DNA of 64,000 bases from an archaeon (GTDB taxonomy: Archaea; Nanobdellota; Nanobdellia; Pacearchaeales; JAPDKA01), in contig JAPDKA010000003.1 in assembly GCA_029258825.1 (NCBI GenBank), forward strand, positions 66,065 to 130,064, read 5' to 3'. The translations under genes and the position numbers were made by a program. Numbering within the stretch: position 1 is the stretch's first letter; each line of letters opens with the position of its first letter. The notes beneath the pieces were generated by a model, which saw only the letters and a program-made list of their open reading frames with translations, had not been told where the DNA came from and searched no databases. Below, piece by piece: positions 1-8,458 of the stretch.

Positions 1-421
1 TCCTAATGCTTATCTTGATGCCGCATGTGTTGCAGACAAAATAAAACGAGAACTAGAAAGGTTTGGCCCATTAAGTTTCAAAATTGTTGCTTATAGAAAT
101 TTAAGACGTATCAAAGAGGCTGGCGCGCTTGGTGGCGAAATAGTGCTAAGCGGAAAGTTGCCAAGTGAAAGAGCAAGAACTTGGCGATTCAGGTTTGGTT
201 ATATCAAAAAGACAGGAAATTATGCTAAATTACTTGTAGATAAAGCAAAAACAGTTGCTCAAACAAAGCCTGGCACGATCGGCATTAAAGTAGCTATAAT
301 GCCTCCAACAGTAAAGCTTCCAGATAAAATAGAAATACCGGAAAAACAAGAGCAAGCACAAGAACCGGCACAAGAACAAACACAGCAACAAATAAACGAA
401 CAAAAAAATCAAACAAAATAA
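1..421 (+). CDS. rps3: 30S ribosomal protein uS3, C-terminal part (5' end lies outside the window)
   Basis: The reading frame is open from base 2 with no upstream start. It carries the GIKVxIM-type motif of the uS3 C-terminal domain and a lysine/glutamine-rich tail. It sits immediately upstream of uL29, as in archaeal operons. Confidence 0.8.
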   Translation, partial: PNAYLDAACVADKIKRELERFGPLSFKIVAYRNLRRIKEAGALGGEIVLSGKLPSERARTWRFRFGYIKKTGNYAKLLVDKAKTVAQTKPGTIGIKVAIMPPTVKLPDKIEIPEKQEQAQEPAQEQTQQQINEQKNQTK

Positions 422-435
422 AATAAAAAATAAAG

Positions 436-687
436 ATGGCTATCCTAAAAGCAAGAGAGATTAGGCAACAAAGCGATGCTGAACTAAGAAAAAAGTTGAA
501 CGAGCTAAAACTAGAACTATTAAGACAGCGCGCACAAAAAAGTCAAGCCCAAGCTAAATTAAAGATTAGAGAAATAAAAAGAACTATTGCAAGAATTAAG
601 ACAATATTGCATGAAAGAAAAATGCAAGAATCAAAAAAGCAAGAAAACAAAAATAAAACTAATGCTCAAACCAAATCAAAAGCCTAA
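436..687 (+). CDS. rpl29: 50S ribosomal protein uL29
   Basis: 83-aa helical protein beginning MAILKAREIRQQSDAELRKKLNELKLELLRQR, the typical uL29 N-terminus. Its position between uS3 and SUI1 matches archaeal operons. Confidence 0.85.
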   Translation: MAILKAREIRQQSDAELRKKLNELKLELLRQRAQKSQAQAKLKIREIKRTIARIKTILHERKMQESKKQENKNKTNAQTKSKA

Positions 688-690
688 ACC

Positions 691-993
691 ATGGAAATTT
701 GTCCAAAGTGCGGATTGCCTAAAGAAGCATGCATTTGTGAAACACTGGCAAAAGAACAGGAAAAAATAGTAGTGAGGAAAGAAAAGCGAAAATTTGGCAA
801 AATAGTGACAGTAGTGAACTTTAACAATAAAATAAACCTTAAAGAGATAGCAAAAGAACTAAAAAAGAAACTCGCGTGTGGCGGCACTGTTAAAGACAAT
901 GAAATAGAATTGCAGGGAGATCACGCAGCGAAAATAAAGGAAAAGCTTGTTGAGCTGGGCTTTAACGCAGAGAACATAGAGATAGTAGAATAG
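691..993 (+). CDS. translation initiation factor aSUI1 (eIF1 homolog)
   Basis: 100-aa protein with an N-terminal CPKCG...C zinc motif followed by a SUI1 fold (KIVTVV...LACGGTVKD). Placement follows the conserved archaeal S3-L29-SUI1-Rpp29-S17 order. Confidence 0.8.
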   Translation: MEICPKCGLPKEACICETLAKEQEKIVVRKEKRKFGKIVTVVNFNNKINLKEIAKELKKKLACGGTVKDNEIELQGDHAAKIKEKLVELGFNAENIEIVE

Positions 994-1033
994 CATAGAT
1001 GAAGCATAAACGCATAAACAAACCAAAGCAAAA

Positions 1034-1312
1034 ATGAACATAAAAATAAAGCCAGAAGACATACTCACAAAAGTAACGTTGATCGGTGACAGCGTTGAGG
1101 TAATTGAAGCAAGCAATAAATTGCTTGTTGGCATTAAAGGCACTGTTATTGATGAGAGCAAAGAAATGTTAATACTTAAAGTTAACAAAGGCATAAAAAA
1201 ACTGCTGAAATCGCAAGTAACGTTGAAAGTGAAAAGCAAGGAATTGGGCAAAACTTATATAGTGGACGGAAAACTTTTAAGAGGAAGAATCGAAAAAAGA
1301 ATAAAAAAATAA
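1034..1312 (+). CDS. rnp1: RNase P protein component 1 (Rpp29/Pop4 homolog)
   Basis: 92-aa Sm-like protein (LIGDSVEVIEASNKLLVGIKGTVIDESKEMLILK). It lies between SUI1 and S17, as in other archaea. Confidence 0.7.
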   Translation: MNIKIKPEDILTKVTLIGDSVEVIEASNKLLVGIKGTVIDESKEMLILKVNKGIKKLLKSQVTLKVKSKELGKTYIVDGKLLRGRIEKRIKK

Positions 1313-1323
1313 AAAACATTAAA

Positions 1324-1698
1324 ATGGCAAAAGAAAGAGCAAAAGAAAAACAAAAAGAAAAAGAAACAAAACAAAAGGAAAACCAAAAGCAGAAAATTTG
1401 CAATGATAAAAACTGCCCTATTCATGGTAGTATAGCTTTAAGAGGTAGAAAGTTTAAAGGCATAGTAACAAGAAAGCACATCAAACAAAAAAAAGTAACC
1501 ATAGAGTTTGAACGTATGGTTTTCATTCGGAAATATGAAAGATTTGCAAAAAAGATAACACGTATTCATGCTCATTTGCCAGATTGCATGCAAGATGAAA
1601 TAGCAGTTGGTGATGTTGTTGAAGTGCATGAAACAAGACCAATAAGCAAGATGATACATTTTGTTGTAACAAGAAAAATAAAATCTAAAGCAAAATGA
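1324..1698 (+). CDS. rps17: 30S ribosomal protein uS17
   Basis: Core matches uS17 (KGIVTRKHIKQKKVTIEFERMVFIRKYERFAKKITRIHAHLP...VGDVVEVHETRPISK). It has a Lys/Glu-rich N-terminal extension. It overlaps the uL14 start by 4 nt. Confidence 0.9.
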   Translation: MAKERAKEKQKEKETKQKENQKQKICNDKNCPIHGSIALRGRKFKGIVTRKHIKQKKVTIEFERMVFIRKYERFAKKITRIHAHLPDCMQDEIAVGDVVEVHETRPISKMIHFVVTRKIKSKAK

Positions 1699-2096
1699 AA
1701 GCTGTAGCAGCACGAATTAACAAAGGGCTACACATAGGCAGCCTTGTGAATGTAGCAGACAATAGCGGCGCAAAACTAGTCAAAATCGTAGCAGTTAAGA
1801 AAGCAAAAAGTGTAAAAGGCAGACAAATCAGCTGTGGCGTTGCAGACCTTGTAAGAGTAAGTGTAAGAAAAGGTAACATAGAATTGAAAAAGCAAACACA
1901 TTGGGCAGTCATAGTCAGGCAGAGACGCCCTTACAGAAGAAAAACAGGCGAGCGTATATGTTTTGAAGACAATGCAGTAGTTTTGCTTAAAGATGAAAAA
2001 GGTAATCCAAAAGGAACACAAATAAAAGGACCTATAGCAAGAGAGGCCGCTGAAAGATGGCCTTTTGTTGCTAAAATAGCAAGCGTTGTTGTTTAA
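1695..2096 (+). CDS. rpl14: 50S ribosomal protein uL14
   Basis: MKAVAARINKGLHIGSLVNVADNSGAKLVKIVAVKK is a classic uL14 signature. Confidence 0.95.
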   Translation: MKAVAARINKGLHIGSLVNVADNSGAKLVKIVAVKKAKSVKGRQISCGVADLVRVSVRKGNIELKKQTHWAVIVRQRRPYRRKTGERICFEDNAVVLLKDEKGNPKGTQIKGPIAREAAERWPFVAKIASVVV

Positions 2097-2097
2097 A

Positions 2098-2520
2098 ATG
2101 GCTGCTAAATGGAGTAAAAGCTGGAAATCAAGCAAACAACCAAGAAAGCAACGCAAATATAGACGGAATGCTCCGCTACATGTAAGGCACAAATTTTTAG
2201 CAGCGAACCTAAGCAAAGAACTAAGAAAGAAATATGGCATTAGAGCATTGCCATTACGCAAAGGCGATACAGTAAAAATTATGCGTGGTAGTTTTAAAGG
2301 TAAGACAGGAAAAATAAGCAGGATAGATTTAAAAAAACTCAAAGTTTATGTTGAAAACATTACAATGCTTAAGCAAGACGGGAGAAAAGTACCGATGCCT
2401 TTAGAACCATCAAACTTACAAATTATAGCGCTGAATCTTGATGATAAAAAACGTCTCAAAGCAATAGAAAGAAAACAGAAAGCAAAAGAAAAAGAAAAAA
2501 GTAAAGCTAAACAGAAATAA
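2098..2520 (+). CDS. rpl24: 50S ribosomal protein uL24
   Basis: KOW motif KGDTVKIMRGSFKGKTGKISRIDLKKLKVYVENI. The start is chosen at MAAKW, just after the uL14 stop. It has a lysine-rich C-terminal tail. Confidence 0.9.
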   Translation: MAAKWSKSWKSSKQPRKQRKYRRNAPLHVRHKFLAANLSKELRKKYGIRALPLRKGDTVKIMRGSFKGKTGKISRIDLKKLKVYVENITMLKQDGRKVPMPLEPSNLQIIALNLDDKKRLKAIERKQKAKEKEKSKAKQK

Positions 2521-2528
2521 TTAGCAAA

Positions 2529-3224
2529 ATGTCAAGACACTTAAAAAGGTTGAGCATGCCGAAAACATGGCCCCTAGCAAGAAAAGGAACTAAATTCATA
2601 ACCAAACCCAGTCCTGGTTCTCATAGTTTAGAATATGGTTTGCCTCTAGTAATAGTATTGAGAGACATACTAAAGCTTGCAACTACAAGCAGAGAAGCAA
2701 AAAAAATTGTTAAGCATAAAACAGTAATCATTGATGGAAGGCAAATAAAAGATGAGAAATTTCCTTTCGGATTGTTTGACAGGATGTACATACCTGAAAT
2801 AGACAAAGCATATACTGTAGTGCTTAATAAAAAAGGAAAGCTACAAATTATCGAGATATCAAAAGACAAGGTTGACTTAAAGCCATTAAAAGTTATAGGC
2901 AAAAGAACTGTAAAGAAAGGACTAGTGCAGATAAACTGCTATGATGGAAAAAATATATTGTTAAAGCCTGATGAAGCTAAAAACATTAAGCCTCATGATT
3001 CTATTGTTTATGATCTAAAAAACAAAAAAATAGTTAAGCATTTGCCATTAAAGCAAAACGCCGATCTTGTTGTTATCAAAGGAAAACACACATGGGAATT
3101 CGGCAAAGTAAAAGAAATAACAAGAAAAGGTAACAAGAGATTTGTAGCAATACAAACTGAAAGGGGAGTGATTGAAACGCCTATCGAGCATGTTTTCGTA
3201 ATAGAAAAAAACTTAATACAATAA
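2529..3224 (+). CDS. rps4e: 30S ribosomal protein eS4
   Basis: N-terminus MSRHLKRLSMPKTWPLARKGTKFITKPSPGSH is diagnostic for S4e. It is 231 aa long. Confidence 0.95.
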   Translation: MSRHLKRLSMPKTWPLARKGTKFITKPSPGSHSLEYGLPLVIVLRDILKLATTSREAKKIVKHKTVIIDGRQIKDEKFPFGLFDRMYIPEIDKAYTVVLNKKGKLQIIEISKDKVDLKPLKVIGKRTVKKGLVQINCYDGKNILLKPDEAKNIKPHDSIVYDLKNKKIVKHLPLKQNADLVVIKGKHTWEFGKVKEITRKGNKRFVAIQTERGVIETPIEHVFVIEKNLIQ

Positions 3225-3225
3225 A

Positions 3226-3723
3226 ATGAATATGCGCGAAGTCAGGTTTGAGAAAGTTGTGCTTCATGCAACAACAGCCGATCAGGCAAAGCTGGAAAAG
3301 TACAAGAAATTGCTAAACGTAATTACAAACAGAAAGCCAGCTGTAACAAAAGCAAAACGCAGAATTGCAGCATTCAAGATTAGGCGGGGGCTCGTTATAG
3401 GTTGTAAAGTTACTGTTAGAGGCAAGCAAGGCGAAGAGCTTGCGAAAAGATTATTGAAAGCAATAGACAACACATTAAGTAAAAAACAGGTTGGGCCTGG
3501 CTTTGTCAGCTTTGGTATTAAAGAATATATTGAGATTCCAGGTGTTGAGTATATGCGTGATGTAGGCATAGTGGGCTTTGATGTTACGATATGCTTAACA
3601 AAACCTGGCAAAAGAGTAAAGCTAAGAAAAATTAAAAAAAGCAAAATAGGAAAAAAACAAACTGTAAGCAAAGAAGAAACAATTGAATTTTTAAAAAATA
3701 AATTTGGAGTAAAATTCAAGTAA
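3226..3723 (+). CDS. rpl5: 50S ribosomal protein uL5
   Basis: uL5 core ([33 protein letters not shown]...). The gene is tightly packed after S4e. Confidence 0.95.
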   Translation: MNMREVRFEKVVLHATTADQAKLEKYKKLLNVITNRKPAVTKAKRRIAAFKIRRGLVIGCKVTVRGKQGEELAKRLLKAIDNTLSKKQVGPGFVSFGIKEYIEIPGVEYMRDVGIVGFDVTICLTKPGKRVKLRKIKKSKIGKKQTVSKEETIEFLKNKFGVKFK

Positions 3724-3724
3724 A

Positions 3725-3955
3725 ATGACGGCAAGCGACTGGAGGAAATTGTTAACGCAACTTAAAGCAAAACCGCAACTGCTAAAGAGATTTTTCAAGT
3801 ACAACAAACCGAAAGAAAGAAAATTCGGCGTAGCAGCATTCAAATGTGAAAGATGCGGAAGATTCGGCGCGCATATTCATAAATACGGACTGCATTTATG
3901 CAGGCAGTGTTTCAGAGAAATAGCTGAAAAATTAGGATTTAAAAAATATAATTAA
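3725..3955 (+). CDS. rps14: 30S ribosomal protein uS14 (type Z, zinc-binding)
   Basis: C-terminal [25 protein letters not shown] is the Cys4 zinc-ribbon S14 signature. Confidence 0.95.
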   Translation: MTASDWRKLLTQLKAKPQLLKRFFKYNKPKERKFGVAAFKCERCGRFGAHIHKYGLHLCRQCFREIAEKLGFKKYN

Positions 3956-3991
3956 ATCGATATAATTAAATAAGCAAAATAAAAAAATAAA

Positions 3992-4378
3992 ATGGTCGTT
4001 AGAGATTGGTTAAGCAATGCATTGAACGATTTTATGAATTGCAAAAAGGTTGGAAAAACAGAGACAGTAATCTGCCCTGTATCCAATCTAATGCTTAGAG
4101 TGTTTGAAATAATGAAACAACACGGCTATCTTGAAGATGTTAAAGTTGAGCAGGACAAGTTCAGAAAAGCAATCGTAAAGCTAGGAAAATTAAACTATTG
4201 TAAAGCAATAAAGCCGCGATTTGTAGTAAAAAAGGACCAGTATGATAAATATATTAGACGTTACTTGCCGGCTAGACAACTTGGTATAATCATTGTTTCA
4301 ACAAATAAAGGTTTAATGACTCATAGAGAGGCAATGGAAAAAGGACTTGGTGGTGTGTTAATTGCTTATTGCTATTAA
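3992..4378 (+). CDS. rps8: 30S ribosomal protein uS8
   Basis: 128 aa. The fold signature (...GIIIVSTNKGLMTHREAMEKGLGGVLIAYCY at the C-terminus) and its position match uS8. Confidence 0.9.
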   Translation: MVVRDWLSNALNDFMNCKKVGKTETVICPVSNLMLRVFEIMKQHGYLEDVKVEQDKFRKAIVKLGKLNYCKAIKPRFVVKKDQYDKYIRRYLPARQLGIIIVSTNKGLMTHREAMEKGLGGVLIAYCY

Positions 4379-4423
4379 ATATAAGCTATTAATGTTAAAC
4401 TTGTAAAGTTAAAAAAAGTTAAA

Positions 4424-4981
4424 ATGAAAAAAGACATAAAAGAAAAGGTAGAATTGCCCCAGGGCATTAATGCAGAAGTAGACGACAATGCCAAGCACGT
4501 TAAAGTTAGTGGCAATGCTGGACAGCTTGAAAAAAGCTTCAAAGTAGTTGATAAAGTGCATTTGAAATTGGAAGGCAATAGCATAGTCATTTATGCTAAC
4601 AAAGCCACAAAAAGAGAAAAGAAAATGATAAAGACAATAAAGGCACACATAAAAAATATGATTAAAGGATTAATGCAACCTTGGGTTTACAAATTGCAAA
4701 TATGTTCTTCGCACTTTCCGATGAGTGTAAGCGTTGATAAGGAAAAAGGTTTAGTTATTATTAAGAACTTTCTTGGAGAAAATAAAGAAAGAACAGCAAA
4801 AATTTTGCCAGGCGTTGATGTTCAAGTTAAAGGCGATATTATTGAAGTCAAAAGTATAGATAAAGAAAAAGCTGGTCAAACTGCAGCAAACATAGAACAG
4901 GCAACAAGAATAACAAAACTTGACAGGCGTATATTCCAAGACGGCATTTGGATTATTGAAAAAGCTGGAAAACCTGTGTAA
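4424..4981 (+). CDS. rpl6: 50S ribosomal protein uL6
   Basis: 185 aa with the two-repeat uL6 architecture (VKVSGNAGQLEKSF...; VQVKGDIIEVKSIDKEKAGQTAANIEQATRI). Confidence 0.9.
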   Translation: MKKDIKEKVELPQGINAEVDDNAKHVKVSGNAGQLEKSFKVVDKVHLKLEGNSIVIYANKATKREKKMIKTIKAHIKNMIKGLMQPWVYKLQICSSHFPMSVSVDKEKGLVIIKNFLGENKERTAKILPGVDVQVKGDIIEVKSIDKEKAGQTAANIEQATRITKLDRRIFQDGIWIIEKAGKPV

Positions 4982-5015
4982 TTGCATAATAAAACAAACA
5001 AAGCAAAAAGAAAAA

Positions 5016-5702
5016 ATGACAAATACGAAAGAAGCAAAAAACGAAATGCAGAAACTGCTTGAAGAAAGAAAACGCATAAAGAAGAGAAAGCCTGACTATG
5101 TTAGACAAGATTCTCATAAAAAATCAAGGCTTGGAAGGGGCAGAAAGAAAAAACAAAAATGGAGAAGGCCAAAAGGCAGACACAGCAAGGTTAGAAAACG
5201 CATAAAAGGACATCTGCCACGCGTCGAAATAGGCTATGGTTCACCAAAAAAAGTTAAAGGCACTATTAATGGTTTAAAACCTGTAATTGTTACCTCACCA
5301 CAAGACATAGAAAAAATAAAACCAGATCAGATAGCATTTGTTGCTTCAACAGTTGGAAAAAAGAAAAAGCTAGAAATTGTTAAGAAAGCTCTCTCACTTA
5401 ATGTTCAGCTTGCAAATGTTGATGCAAGTTTTATTGAGTGTGTTGAAGCTGAAATGAAACAAAGAAAAGAAAAGCGTAAGGCTTATGAAAAAGCAAGAGC
5501 TGAGAAGGAAAAAAGAAAAGAAAAAGCAAAAGTGAAGGAAGAAGAGGTGAAAAAGAAAGAGATGGAAAAAGCAGAAGAAAAAGAAAAGCAAGAAGCAAAA
5601 AAGTTAACTGAGCGCATTGAAGCAGAAGCTGAAATGCATGCAAAAGAAAAATTTGAAAAACCAAAAAAAGTCGAAGCACATAGAAAAGCATTACAAAAAT
5701 AA
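5016..5702 (+). CDS. rpl32e: 50S ribosomal protein eL32, with a long K/E-rich C-terminal extension
   Basis: Core RLGRGRKKKQKWRRPKGRHSKVRKRIKGHLPRVEIGYGSPKKVKG matches eL32. An acidic-basic low-complexity tail of about 90 aa follows. The start is taken at MTNTKEAK, downstream of the uL6 stop. Confidence 0.85.
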   Translation: MTNTKEAKNEMQKLLEERKRIKKRKPDYVRQDSHKKSRLGRGRKKKQKWRRPKGRHSKVRKRIKGHLPRVEIGYGSPKKVKGTINGLKPVIVTSPQDIEKIKPDQIAFVASTVGKKKKLEIVKKALSLNVQLANVDASFIECVEAEMKQRKEKRKAYEKARAEKEKRKEKAKVKEEEVKKKEMEKAEEKEKQEAKKLTERIEAEAEMHAKEKFEKPKKVEAHRKALQK

Positions 5703-5724
5703 AATACTATGATAAGTTCACAAA

Positions 5725-6168
5725 ATGCCTGCCTTTAAAACACAAAAAAGAATCGCAGCGCAACTACTTGGTGTAGGCGTAAACAGGATTTGGCTAGATC
5801 CGAATAGGCTTGACGAGATAAAGCAAGCAATAACAAGAAAAGACATAGAAGAATTAATAAAAGAAAAAGCAATCAAGGCAAAACCTGTACATGGTGTAAA
5901 AAGAAGGGCAGGCAAAAAGCATGATGCAAGACGCAAGAAAGGACGCAAACGTGGGCCTGGTAAAAGAAAAAAAATTGTAAAGCAAAGAAAACGAGAATAT
6001 GTCATGCTTATAAGACGCTTACGAAGTTACCTTCGCGCATTAAAAAATAAAGGCGTGATAACAACAAACCAGTATCAAAAATTAAGGAGACTTGCAAAAG
6101 CTGGAATGTTTCCAAGCAAAAAAAGTGTTGATGAGTATATAAAATTAAAGTTAAAACAAGCTGAATAA
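5725..6168 (+). CDS. rpl19e: 50S ribosomal protein eL19
   Basis: N-terminus MPAFKTQKRIAAQLLGVGVNRIWLDPNRLDEI is diagnostic for L19e. Confidence 0.95.
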   Translation: MPAFKTQKRIAAQLLGVGVNRIWLDPNRLDEIKQAITRKDIEELIKEKAIKAKPVHGVKRRAGKKHDARRKKGRKRGPGKRKKIVKQRKREYVMLIRRLRSYLRALKNKGVITTNQYQKLRRLAKAGMFPSKKSVDEYIKLKLKQAE

Positions 6169-6169
6169 A

Positions 6170-6703
6170 ATGGGAAAATTGTTAGTGGTTAAAAAAAGAA
6201 GACGCAGAGAAGGAAAGACAAACTACAAAAAGCGCTTAGCTTTACTTAAATCAGAAAAGCCTCGGCTAGTTGTAAGAAAAACAAACAAGTATGTGATAGC
6301 TCAACTAGTAATTAGTGAAGAAGCTCAAGATAAAGTTGTTGTTGGTGTAACATCTAAAGTACTGGCAAAGTTCGGCTGGCAAAATAGTTTTAAAAATATT
6401 CCTGCATGCTACTTAACTGGAATAATTATTGGCAAGCTAGGACTAAGTAAAGGCATAAATGAAGCAATAGTTGATATCGGGCTGCATAGAGCAACAAAAG
6501 GCAATAGGCTGTTTGCTGTGGTTAAAGGTTGTATTGATGCTGGCATGCAAATAAAAGCTAATGCTGTATTTCCTGATGCTGAACGCATCAAAGGAAAACA
6601 CATTAATGATGCTGTACAAAGAACATTTGAAGAGATTTATGAAAAACTAAAGCAGGTTGATGATGTTGAAAAAATTATAAAAACAAAATCAAATAAAAAA
6701 TAA
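6170..6703 (+). CDS. rpl18: 50S ribosomal protein uL18
   Basis: KRRRREGKTNYKKRLALLKSEKPRLVVRKTNKYVIAQLV is the uL18 signature. Confidence 0.95.
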   Translation: MGKLLVVKKRRRREGKTNYKKRLALLKSEKPRLVVRKTNKYVIAQLVISEEAQDKVVVGVTSKVLAKFGWQNSFKNIPACYLTGIIIGKLGLSKGINEAIVDIGLHRATKGNRLFAVVKGCIDAGMQIKANAVFPDAERIKGKHINDAVQRTFEEIYEKLKQVDDVEKIIKTKSNKK

Positions 6704-6744
6704 ATAAAATAATAAAAAAATTAAAGAAAAAATCAAAAAACAAA

Positions 6745-7533
6745 ATGACAAAAGGAACGTCAAGGAAAAAGCAAGAACCTGAAGCAGTAAAAAAAGCAAT
6801 GAAAAGAGAAGGTACAGAAATGAAAGTTGAAGAAAAAGCTGAAGAACAAGCAAAGCAAGAAGCAAAACAAGTAAAGCAACAAAGCGAGGAGAAACTTGCA
6901 CAATGGAAACCAAAGACAGAACTAGGCAAGCTCGTTAAGCAAGGAAAAATAACAAATATTGATGAAGTATTCGAGAAAGGCTACAAAATTTTAGAGCCAG
7001 AAATTGTCGATGCTTTATTGCCTAATCTAGAGTATGACCTAATACTAATCGGCCAGGCAAAAGGTAAGTTTGGAGGTGGCAAAAGACGTGCATGGCGTCA
7101 AACACAGAAAAAAACTGCTGAAGGAAACGTACCAAAATTTGCAGCCCTTGCAGTTGTAGGCGATAGAAACGGTCATGTTGGTATAGGCTATGGGAAAGCT
7201 AAAGAAACATTACCAGCAAGAGAAAAAGCAATAAGAAAAGCCAAACTTAACATATTCAAAGTTAATAGAGGTTGTGGCAGCTTTGATTGTATATGCAATG
7301 ATCCACACTCCATTCCAGCTAAAACTGAAGGAAAAGAAGGTAGTGTAAGGATTATACTAATGCCTGCTCCAAGAGGTACCGGATTAGTAATTGAAGATGA
7401 ATGTAAAAAAATCATGAGGCTTGCTGGCATAAAAGACATATACAGTAGAACTTTCGGTAAAACAAGAACGAAATTCAACTTGATTAAGGCTTGCATAAAA
7501 GCACTAAAAAAACTAAACGATCTACACTTATAA
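6745..7533 (+). CDS. rps5: 30S ribosomal protein uS5, with a K/E-rich N-terminal extension
   Basis: uS5 core (VVGDRNGHVGIGYGKAKETLPAREKAIRKAKLNIF...RIILMPAPRGTGLV). It is preceded by a low-complexity extension of about 55 aa. Confidence 0.95.
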   Translation: MTKGTSRKKQEPEAVKKAMKREGTEMKVEEKAEEQAKQEAKQVKQQSEEKLAQWKPKTELGKLVKQGKITNIDEVFEKGYKILEPEIVDALLPNLEYDLILIGQAKGKFGGGKRRAWRQTQKKTAEGNVPKFAALAVVGDRNGHVGIGYGKAKETLPAREKAIRKAKLNIFKVNRGCGSFDCICNDPHSIPAKTEGKEGSVRIILMPAPRGTGLVIEDECKKIMRLAGIKDIYSRTFGKTRTKFNLIKACIKALKKLNDLHL

Positions 7534-7534
7534 A

Positions 7535-7999
7535 ATGTTATACGCTGCAATACGCATTCGAGGCCTTGTAGGAGTTCCTAAAATCATACAGCAAACATTA
7601 TTCATGCTTAGACTTAGACAGAAACATGCTTGTGTATTGTTACAGCCTACATCACAAAATTTGGGAATGTTAAAGAAAGCAAAATCATATATCGCATATG
7701 GACCTATAAACAAAGAAACGCTTATTGAATTGTTAAAAAAACGAGGAAAGCTAGTAGGCGACAAAAAGCTGAGCGATGACGCAATAGCAAAATATAAGCT
7801 TAACATTGAGAAACTTGCTGATATGTTGATTAAAAATGAGCTTAAACCAAAAGAACTTGTAAAATACAGCATAAAACCATTTTTTAGATTGCATCCTCCT
7901 AAAGGTGGTTTTAAAAAGTCCATAAAGCTTGAATGGCCTAAAGGTGTGCTTGGCAATGTTGGTGAATACATCAACGAGCTAATTAAAAAAATGTTGTAA
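7535..7999 (+). CDS. rpl30: 50S ribosomal protein uL30
   Basis: MLYAAIRIRGLVGVPKIIQQTLFMLRLRQKHACVLL is the uL30 signature. Confidence 0.9.
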   Translation: MLYAAIRIRGLVGVPKIIQQTLFMLRLRQKHACVLLQPTSQNLGMLKKAKSYIAYGPINKETLIELLKKRGKLVGDKKLSDDAIAKYKLNIEKLADMLIKNELKPKELVKYSIKPFFRLHPPKGGFKKSIKLEWPKGVLGNVGEYINELIKKML

Positions 8000-8009
8000 G
8001 AGCTAAAAA

Positions 8010-8444
8010 ATGGTAAAGATAAAGAAACGTGATAAACGCAGCAGATTGCGTGGAAAGCGCACATGTGGACATGGAAGTAGAAAAAAGGCAAGAGGTAAAG
8101 GAAGTAAAGGTGGTAAAGGTAAAGCTGGAACTGGAAAAAGAGCTGGCCAAAAATTGACTGCATTGCTAAAGCATAAGCAAAAATTAGGCAAGAAAGGCTT
8201 CACAAGCCATAAAAAATTGAAAAGACTTAAACAAGTTACGCTTAACATTAAGCATATTGCTGATAACCTTGAGAATTATGCTGAAAATAATGCTATAAAA
8301 CTAAATGCAAGACTGCTTGGGTTTGATGAATTAAGCATAAAACAGATAGCAAGCAAAATAAAAACAATAAAGTGTAAAAGCATAACAAAAAAACTTAAAG
8401 AAGCTTTAGAGCAAGCTGGAGTTAGTGTTGAAACAAATGAATAA
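8010..8444 (+). CDS. rpl15: 50S ribosomal protein uL15
   Basis: Gly/Lys-rich N-terminus (GHGSRKKARGKGSKGGKGKAGTGKRAG) is typical of uL15. It lies upstream of secY. Confidence 0.9.
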   Translation: MVKIKKRDKRSRLRGKRTCGHGSRKKARGKGSKGGKGKAGTGKRAGQKLTALLKHKQKLGKKGFTSHKKLKRLKQVTLNIKHIADNLENYAENNAIKLNARLLGFDELSIKQIASKIKTIKCKSITKKLKEALEQAGVSVETNE

Positions 8445-8458
8445 ACTAACAAAACAAA

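Noticed and set aside
1776-2342. 188-aa minus-strand ORF overlapping uL14/uL24
   Set aside because: It is antisense to two highly conserved ribosomal protein genes and has hydrophobic, low-complexity composition typical of spurious antisense frames in AT-rich DNA.
4751-5077. 108-aa minus-strand ORF overlapping the uL6/eL32 junction
   Set aside because: It is antisense to ribosomal protein genes and is a low-complexity Phe/Ser-rich frame.
7528-8163. 211-aa minus-strand ORF overlapping uL30/uL15
   Set aside because: It is antisense to ribosomal protein genes and has no recognisable motifs. It is a spurious frame.
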